Below, piece by piece: positions 57,348 to 64,000 of a DNA stretch of 64,000 nucleotides (positions within the stretch are counted from its first letter, which is position 1; each line of letters begins with the position of its first letter). Both the position numbers and the translations under genes were made by a program. The notes beneath the pieces are model-generated. The model was not told where the DNA came from. It made no database searches and saw only the letters and a program-made list of their open reading frames with translations. Origin of the DNA: an uncultured Gemmatimonadaceae bacterium (GTDB lineage Bacteria; Gemmatimonadota; Gemmatimonadetes; Gemmatimonadales; Gemmatimonadaceae); NCBI GenBank assembly GCA_963761305.1, contig CAVXGK010000002.1, positions 32,001-96,000 on the forward strand, given 5' to 3'.

Positions 57348-59168
57348 CTACAGGTCGGACTGGAGTAGGCGGCGCACTTCCTCATTTGCCTCGAGACGCG
57401 CGTCGATGTCGTCGCTGAGACGCCGAGCGTCGTCGAGATCGCGAGTCAGATCCGACGTGTCGACGCTCGTGGCGGAGAGGCGAAGCAGATCGAGACGGAG
57501 CATCTCGAGCGCGGCAACCACCGACTGCAACCGACGATCGGTCTCGGGGTTCGGCGTGCGGTCACGAAGCAGTTCCGCTTGACGTTCCAGGCGCACGGCG
57601 AGGTCCGGCAACGCGCCGAACTCGGTTCGCTGCGCTCCTGGCAGCGCGGCGAATAGGGTGGCGAGCTCGTCGCGGAGCGCCACCGACGTCGGCTCGCCGA
57701 CCGACGGCAGCGATGCGCGCTTGGCCAACCCGAGCGACGCGGCGCGGAACATCCAACGGCCGACTCGACCGCGCAGCAGGCGAGACCACCAACCATCCTG
57801 CGCGCGTCGCGATTCGAGAGCGCGACGAACGACCATGGTTGGAATGGCGATCGATCCGGCGAACCCGAGCAATTGCAGGGCGTCGCCCGGTGCACCCAGC
57901 AGAAAGAACGACCCGATCGATCCCGCGACACCCAGCGCCAGCTCGGCAGCCGTCCGCCTGGTGCTCGGGGCGGCGCGCTTGTCCAGGTCCTGCTCGCGCG
58001 CTTCGCCGAGCAACGCGGGCCGGACTGCGGAGTGGCCGTAGCCTGCCTCGAGCAGGCGTCGCGCGCGCGTCAGCAGTTGCACGACGCGGATGCCGGCCAG
58101 GCCAGCCATCGAGATCGTAACGGCCAAATACATCACGATCACGAACGACATGCCGAACAGATCGCCCGGTGGCCGCGGCATCTCGGTCGCGAGGATGGCG
58201 AGAATTGTCGAGACGGTGCCGGCGCCGATGGCGTTTGCCACCTCCGCTCCTACGTGGTCGGCCTCGCGGGTGAACGCGCGAACGGGCGCGGCGATCTCGT
58301 TCCCACCGCCGGCCGACCGAATGGCGACCACCAACTCCTCAGCCGACGGCCATCGCTCGGCTGGATTGCGGGACAGAGAGCGATCGATCGCGGCGGCGAA
58401 CCTCGGCGGAACGTCGGTGCGCGCCGCGGCGAGCGGCGTCGGTGCCAACATGACTTTGCGGGCGAGAATCGACGCCGTCGAGTCGCCGTCGATCGGTGCG
58501 TGTCCGGTCGTCGCGAAATAAGCGACCGCGCCGAGCGAGTAGAGATCGCTTCGTCCGTCGACCGACTCGCCGTTTGCTTGCTCCGGACTCATGTAGCGCG
58601 GCGTGCCGATGATCGCACCGGGGTTGCTCGTGCTCGGACCTCCGTCGACGCGCGCGATGCCGAAGTCGGTGACGAGGGCACGGCCGGTGTCGCGCTCGAG
58701 AAGAATGTTGTCGGGCTTGACGTCGCGGTGGATTACGCCGTGTCCGTGGGCATGACCCAGCGCCCACGCGACCTCCTGCGTCACGCGGATCGCTTCCGTG
58801 ACGCGCAGCGGACCAACGCGCGCGACGCGAGCCGACAGCGTCTCGCCGTCGACGAAACCCATGACGAAGAACGCGAGATCGGCGTGCTCCTCGACAGAGT
58901 GAATCGGCACGATGTTCGGATGCGACAGCCGAGCGGCCGCTCGCGCCTCGCGGACGAATCGCGCGCGGTGCCCGGGGTCGATCGCCAGCACAGGCGGCAG
59001 GAGCTTGATGGCGACCGGCCGCTCGAGCGCGACGTCGCGGGCGAGAAACACGATGCCCATGCCGCCGCGACCGATCTCGCGGACGATGGAATACCGTCCG
59101 GCGACCACGCGCTGCAGGGCAATCAGTTCCGGCGACGGTCCGGTGGACGACGCAGGGGCGGAAGTCAT
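57348..59168 (-). CDS. Ser/Thr protein kinase with C-terminal membrane domain
   Basis: GRGGMG, VAIK, HRDVKPDN, DFG and GTPRYMSPE are all intact. Confidence 0.95.
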   Translation of the reverse strand: MTSAPASSTGPSPELIALQRVVAGRYSIVREIGRGGMGIVFLARDVALERPVAIKLLPPVLAIDPGHRARFVREARAAARLSHPNIVPIHSVEEHADLAFFVMGFVDGETLSARVARVGPLRVTEAIRVTQEVAWALGHAHGHGVIHRDVKPDNILLERDTGRALVTDFGIARVDGGPSTSNPGAIIGTPRYMSPEQANGESVDGRSDLYSLGAVAYFATTGHAPIDGDSTASILARKVMLAPTPLAAARTDVPPRFAAAIDRSLSRNPAERWPSAEELVVAIRSAGGGNEIAAPVRAFTREADHVGAEVANAIGAGTVSTILAILATEMPRPPGDLFGMSFVIVMYLAVTISMAGLAGIRVVQLLTRARRLLEAGYGHSAVRPALLGEAREQDLDKRAAPSTRRTAAELALGVAGSIGSFFLLGAPGDALQLLGFAGSIAIPTMVVRRALESRRAQDGWWSRLLRGRVGRWMFRAASLGLAKRASLPSVGEPTSVALRDELATLFAALPGAQRTEFGALPDLAVRLERQAELLRDRTPNPETDRRLQSVVAALEMLRLDLLRLSATSVDTSDLTRDLDDARRLSDDIDARLEANEEVRRLLQSDL

Positions 59169-59211
59169 GTCGAAGCCCTACGGACGAGGCGTCGCCGGAG
59201 ATTCCGCCGGG

Positions 59212-60504
59212 CTAGGCGACCCCGGTTCGCATGGCGCGAATGACGCGGTCCGCGAACAGGTCCACTTCGTCCACCGTCGTATAGACGTTCGGCGTGATGC
59301 GCATGCCGGAGAACTCGTCGTTCACCATCGGCGTGGTCACGATGTTGTGCTTGGACAGAAGCCATCCGCCGAGCTTGCCCATGTCCATCCCGTCGATGCC
59401 GAAGACCCCGATCGCGCCGCTCTTCGTCGGGCCGATCTCGGTGATCATCTTCACGCGATCGCTGGCGGCGAGCAGCTGCTTCGCCCACCGGTCTCGCAGG
59501 TAGCGAAGCCGCGCGATCTTGCGGTCGATGCCGATCCCGCGATGGAACGCGACCGCGACGGCGATGGCGTTGTGATTCGCCGCCGGGTGCGTGCCGATCT
59601 CCTCGTATTTACGAATGTCGGCGTCCTGCTCGGCTGCGGCCGCCATGAGCGGCCAGAGCGACTTGATCTTGTCGCGTCGCACATAGAGGAACCCGGTGCC
59701 GATCGGCGCGTGCAGCCACTTGTGGAGACTCGTTCCATAGTAATCGGCGCCGAGCTCGTCGCGCGTGAACGGGAAGTGGGCGAACGCGTGTGCTCCGTCG
59801 ACGAAAACGCGAATGCCTCTGGCATTCGCCAACTCGATGATCTCCTTCACGGGGGCGATGTAGCCCGTCATGAAACTGATGTGCATCACCTCGATCACTT
59901 TCGTACGCGGCGTGATCGCCGCGGCGATCTGGTCGACATACGACTTCGTGCTCTTGACCGGCGTCTCGATCTTCACGCGCTTGAGCACGACGCCGTCGCG
60001 CCGTTCGCGTTGGCGCCACGACGTCTGCATGCGCGGATAGTTCTGCGTCGTGAAGATCACTTCGTCACCGCGCTGGAGGTTGAGACCGAAGATCATGATC
60101 TCGTTCGCCTCCGACGCGTTGCGTGTGATCGCCATCTCCTCGGGGTCGCACGCGAACTCCTGCGCCAGATCGCGACGGACGGACTCGATGCGCGGCTCGA
60201 GCACGCGCCACATGTGATCGACCGGGAGCTCGTTCGAGAACCTCAAATCCCGGATCATCTGCTCGAGCACGTGCGTCGGCGCCGGACTGCACCCGCCGTT
60301 GTTCAGATTGACCATGGTTCGGTCGAGGTCGAACGCGCGCTGGATCTCCCTCCAGTACGTCTCGTCCTCGGCGACATTGACCGCCGCCCGGCCGGCGGCG
60401 ATGGGCTCGGCGTGGAACAGCTGGCGGAACGCGGACTGGCGCATGACGGGCAGGGACACGCCGGCGCCTAGCACCGAGGAGACGAACGATCGGCGAGTGG
60501 GCAT
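59212..60504 (-). CDS. Tat-exported class V aminotransferase (isopenicillin-N epimerase-like)
   Basis: MPTRRSF Tat motif, NLNNGG, DGAH and SLHKW. Confidence 0.88.
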   Translation of the reverse strand: MPTRRSFVSSVLGAGVSLPVMRQSAFRQLFHAEPIAAGRAAVNVAEDETYWREIQRAFDLDRTMVNLNNGGCSPAPTHVLEQMIRDLRFSNELPVDHMWRVLEPRIESVRRDLAQEFACDPEEMAITRNASEANEIMIFGLNLQRGDEVIFTTQNYPRMQTSWRQRERRDGVVLKRVKIETPVKSTKSYVDQIAAAITPRTKVIEVMHISFMTGYIAPVKEIIELANARGIRVFVDGAHAFAHFPFTRDELGADYYGTSLHKWLHAPIGTGFLYVRRDKIKSLWPLMAAAAEQDADIRKYEEIGTHPAANHNAIAVAVAFHRGIGIDRKIARLRYLRDRWAKQLLAASDRVKMITEIGPTKSGAIGVFGIDGMDMGKLGGWLLSKHNIVTTPMVNDEFSGMRITPNVYTTVDEVDLFADRVIRAMRTGVA

Positions 60505-60621
60505 GCGAAGGACGATCCGCCCTTTTCTGCGTCCGGTCAAGGGCTGACGGCGGGTGCGCTGATGCTAAAGTCTCGCCCTCGCAGCGATCGCTATTAGGCC
60601 AAGTCCGTTGGCGGTTAGCCA

Positions 60622-61584
60622 TCAGTGGCACTTGCCGCCGGCCTGGTCCCAGACCCTGCCGCCGACCTCGATCCACGCCGACCGCCACTCCTTGTCGCCG
60701 AACGTCAGCACGAGTACTCCGGGCCGGCCTTCGATGCGGTAGGCGGAGTTCTTGTTGATGTCGCCGAATCCCCGCAGCTCTTCGCCGCCGGTGCCGGCGA
60801 CGATCTCCGTGATGCCCTTGGCCGAGTCGAGGACTCCGACCGGAGTCATCGGGAGGAATCGCTCGTAGTCGTGGTCGTGCCCGTTGAGCACGAGGTCGAC
60901 GTCGTTGTTGTAGAGGATCGCCCACAGCGGCGCGAACCTCGGGTCGTTGCCGTGCCAGCCCGAGCTGAACAGCGGATTGTGCCAGTACGCGACGGTGCAA
61001 AACGTCTTGTGCTTCTTCAGGTCACTTTCGACCCACTTCAGCTGTTCCGTGCGGGCCGAGTCGTCGAATTCGTTGCTGACGAACAGCTCGCTGTTGACCA
61101 CGACGGCGTGCCACTTACCGATGTCGTAGCTGTAGTAGCCCTTGCCGACGACGCCGGCGGCGGGGCCGAAGTACTTGTAGTACGGGTCGGCCCCCGGCGT
61201 GTAGTACTCGTGGTTGCCCGGGCTCGGATGGAGGCTCTTCATGACGCGGAGCTTGGGATTTCCCCACGACGGCGTGAAGCATCTCTCGAATTGCTCCGTC
61301 GTCCCCGACGAATACACGTTGTCGCCGAGCGTGAAGACCGATGCATCCACCTTGGCGACGCTGTCGGCGCGCAGGATGCTGTCGACGAGCATCGCCGTTT
61401 CGACGCCGACCCGCTGCGAGCAGCTCGCGATGTCGCCCACGCCGACGAACATGGTCGCGCCTGTGAGCGCCACCTGCTCGGCGGGCGCCGCGGCCGCCGG
61501 CGGCGTGATGTGCAACGACGGCTTGCACTGGATCAGAAGACACAGCGCGAAAAAAACGCAAGCGACGCGCGGGAGACGATCCAT
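60622..61584 (-). CDS. Calcineurin-like metallophosphoesterase lipoprotein
   Basis: GDIA, GDNVY, GNHEY and GHDH.YER. Confidence 0.92.
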   Translation of the reverse strand: MDRLPRVACVFFALCLLIQCKPSLHITPPAAAAPAEQVALTGATMFVGVGDIASCSQRVGVETAMLVDSILRADSVAKVDASVFTLGDNVYSSGTTEQFERCFTPSWGNPKLRVMKSLHPSPGNHEYYTPGADPYYKYFGPAAGVVGKGYYSYDIGKWHAVVVNSELFVSNEFDDSARTEQLKWVESDLKKHKTFCTVAYWHNPLFSSGWHGNDPRFAPLWAILYNNDVDLVLNGHDHDYERFLPMTPVGVLDSAKGITEIVAGTGGEELRGFGDINKNSAYRIEGRPGVLVLTFGDKEWRSAWIEVGGRVWDQAGGKCH

Positions 61585-61592
61585 CCTTGCCG

Positions 61593-64000
61593 TTAGAAGC
61601 TCAGTCCGAGTCGAAGTTGAACGCCATGCTTTTCTCCCCCGGTCTCGATGAGGCTGAGGGTCTGTGGGCCATATATGCGTCCTATCCAGATACCTCCGCC
61701 GGCGGTGGAATGCCAGCCGCCAGGCGAGGACCCGTCGACGTACACTCGGGCCGCCTCGGCGACGCCGGTGACGCCGCCTCGCACGGGGATGATGAATCTG
61801 AAATGCGTGAGCGGCACCAGCAGTTCGGAGGTCGCGTACAGCGAGCCGTCGCCGGCGTAGCGCTGCGCGTCGATGAATTGCGTGCTATTGTCGCCGCCGA
61901 TCGTCGCCGCCTCGAAAAACGGGAAATTCCCCCAGAGTTTCTGGCCGCCGGTGCGGAACGTCAGCGTGGGGCTGGTGAGAATCGGCAACTGAATCGCCGC
62001 GTTGAACGTCAGCGACGCTTTGCCGAACGTCGAGCGGACGTCCATCATCGCCGGATAGACGCCGGCCTTGGCCAACACGAGGTAGTGGTCCGCCGGCGTG
62101 ACCGAATCGATGCGCCCCGGATCGCGGTCGTACTTCGCCGCGAGCTGCAGCGCGCCCTCGTTGAACGTGCCGAGCCCATACGGATGGCTCAGACCGAGGA
62201 ACGGGCTCCGCGCGCTGTCTGTCGTCGTGTTCTGGAACACCGGACCGAGCGTCACGTCGCTCCACTGACCGATGGCGAATCCGACCACGGGGCTGACCAC
62301 GAATTGACGCTGGTGCACGTCGAAGAAACTGGAAGGGAAGAGGGGATCGACCGTCGTCGCGTTCCCAAATCCGAAAAAGTTGACGTACTGCAAGTCCGAC
62401 ACGCGGGTGAACAGGCCGGCGTGCACCGGTGACGCCTCGAAGCGCTTGTCAGCGAGCAGTGCCACGCGCGCACCGTTGAACTGGGTCGCGTATTCCGCGT
62501 CGACGCGCAGCATCGACGAGTACGGCCGATCCAGGAACCCGTAGGCGTACCGCGTGAAACCGAGGAGCGGGGTCAAGCCGAGCGTGCGCGGATCATTCAG
62601 CCCGACGTGCGGGAGGACGTCCGCGCCGTCGTTCGGAACCGCCGGACGGAGTTTTCCTTTTCGCTCTTCCCATGGCAGGCGCACGAACAGGGTATCCATC
62701 CCGTACGAGATGCCGCTCGTCGGACCCTTGTCGTAGAAGTGCGTCGGACGTTTGTCGCCGCTCACCGTCGACGAATCGACAAGCGTGTTGTTGCCGTTTC
62801 CGCCGATCACCCGCACGAGAATGCTCTCGTCGGCGTGGCCGGTGACGATCGCCGTGTCGTCGCCGCCGTGCAGATAGACGCGAATCTCGCGCGTCTCATC
62901 CGGACGGAAGCGGCGCGAGTAGAACGTCGTGCCGCCGGACTCGAGGCGAACGTCGACCGAGCCGTCACGCTCGCGGACGATCGTTGCGCGATCCGCCGAG
63001 TCGGTGCCGTTCACCTGGACGCGCCTGGCGAGATCGCGATAGTACTGGTCGGCCGCCTTGGGGATCGCGGCGCGCCGTTTTTTCAGAATGGCCTCGAGGC
63101 GCGGCGCGGTCGAGCTGAACTCCGGCGGCATCGCCAACGCGGCCGCGTGAATCACGGAGTCCGTGACCCGCCTTTGTAGATCGCGAGCTACCGAGTCCCA
63201 GGCCGGTTTTTCCAATCCCGACAACAGTCGCTGGTCGATGTCGTTCGGGAACGTGAGTCCGGGGACATCAGGTGTGCCGGTGAACCCCACGACATTCGGC
63301 CGCACCACCCGCGCCGCCTTGCCGACGACGCCCTCGTAGGCGACGAACGCGTGGTCGCGGTCGCGCGCGATCGGCTCCCATTCGGTCTTCTGGCCCGACG
63401 GGAAGCGAGCCCATTTCCACTGGCCCGCGTGGCGATCGTTGTCGTTGATGAGAAAATCGGTGAGGCGCGCCATCAGAAAGGCGCGCGCGTCGACGTGCTC
63501 CTTCGGGTCGGTGTTGAGCAGTTTCACCAGATCCGGACTGTCGATGATCTTCGATGCGCCGGCGAACCCGGTACGGTCGGCGTCGTCCTTCTCGTCTTTC
63601 TTGTCCTTGCCGCCCTTCGCGGCCGCCCCGGCCGGTTTTTTCTCGGCACCCTTGCCGGCTTTGGGCTCCTCGCTCTTGTCGTCCTTCGGCACGTTGGGGA
63701 ACCGTTCCATGTCGCCCAGCTTGCCCGCGAAATCTTTCCGAAAATTTCCGAGTGCCGGGTCGTTCGGCATGACCATCAGCATCGCGGTCGCATGGAGAAC
63801 GCCGGCCGCCTCGACGATCGGCACCGCGATCTCCGCGGACGCCGGGTGCTCGGCGCTCACCAGGTCCTGAAGAACGTGTTGGACCGGTGTGCCCCGAAAC
63901 TCGGATGGGAGGCCGCTGGGCTTTTTGTCGACGAGACGAAACACCCACTCGTCGCCGTTCGCCGCCTCGAGACGCAGACTCTTCGTCTGCATCCCGCCGC
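61593..64000 (-). CDS. Large outer membrane protein: N-terminal DRH-motif domain plus C-terminal BamA/TamA-like barrel; 5' partial
   Basis: GGMQTKSLRL, LINDNDRHAGQWKW, RDRDHAF, YLHGGDD, C-terminal beta strands ending in F. Confidence 0.75.
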   Translation of the reverse strand, partial: GGMQTKSLRLEAANGDEWVFRLVDKKPSGLPSEFRGTPVQHVLQDLVSAEHPASAEIAVPIVEAAGVLHATAMLMVMPNDPALGNFRKDFAGKLGDMERFPNVPKDDKSEEPKAGKGAEKKPAGAAAKGGKDKKDEKDDADRTGFAGASKIIDSPDLVKLLNTDPKEHVDARAFLMARLTDFLINDNDRHAGQWKWARFPSGQKTEWEPIARDRDHAFVAYEGVVGKAARVVRPNVVGFTGTPDVPGLTFPNDIDQRLLSGLEKPAWDSVARDLQRRVTDSVIHAAALAMPPEFSSTAPRLEAILKKRRAAIPKAADQYYRDLARRVQVNGTDSADRATIVRERDGSVDVRLESGGTTFYSRRFRPDETREIRVYLHGGDDTAIVTGHADESILVRVIGGNGNNTLVDSSTVSGDKRPTHFYDKGPTSGISYGMDTLFVRLPWEERKGKLRPAVPNDGADVLPHVGLNDPRTLGLTPLLGFTRYAYGFLDRPYSSMLRVDAEYATQFNGARVALLADKRFEASPVHAGLFTRVSDLQYVNFFGFGNATTVDPLFPSSFFDVHQRQFVVSPVVGFAIGQWSDVTLGPVFQNTTTDSARSPFLGLSHPYGLGTFNEGALQLAAKYDRDPGRIDSVTPADHYLVLAKAGVYPAMMDVRSTFGKASLTFNAAIQLPILTSPTLTFRTGGQKLWGNFPFFEAATIGGDNSTQFIDAQRYAGDGSLYATSELLVPLTHFRFIIPVRGGVTGVAEAARVYVDGSSPGGWHSTAGGGIWIGRIYGPQTLSLIETGGEKHGVQLRLGLSF

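Overview
GC-rich bacterial chromosome segment. A Gemmatimonadota-like origin is inferred from gene content (Ser/Thr kinases with PEGA/TPR partners, PorV-like barrel, many secreted hydrolases); this was not checked by a search. It holds about 45 CDS, including two RND efflux clusters, two signalling modules, ybbP-ybbA-tesA, efp, dsbD-tlpA and many hydrolases, plus a cluster of 7 tRNAs. The most unusual feature is a family of fold-back elements built from short tandem repeats. Two small four-helix-bundle genes (23S-IVP/Avd-like; 5061-5396 and 46510-46853) each sit between inverted arrays of their own repeat, a 16-mer and a 7-mer respectively. Each family also has a gene-less copy (8739-9083; 18914-19173) and a solo duplicate end that brackets one neighbouring gene (4021-4164; 47900-48004). 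Host codons flanking these elements show a strand-polarised loss of C pointing toward the element. No transposase, integrase, reverse transcriptase or cas gene was recognised in the window.
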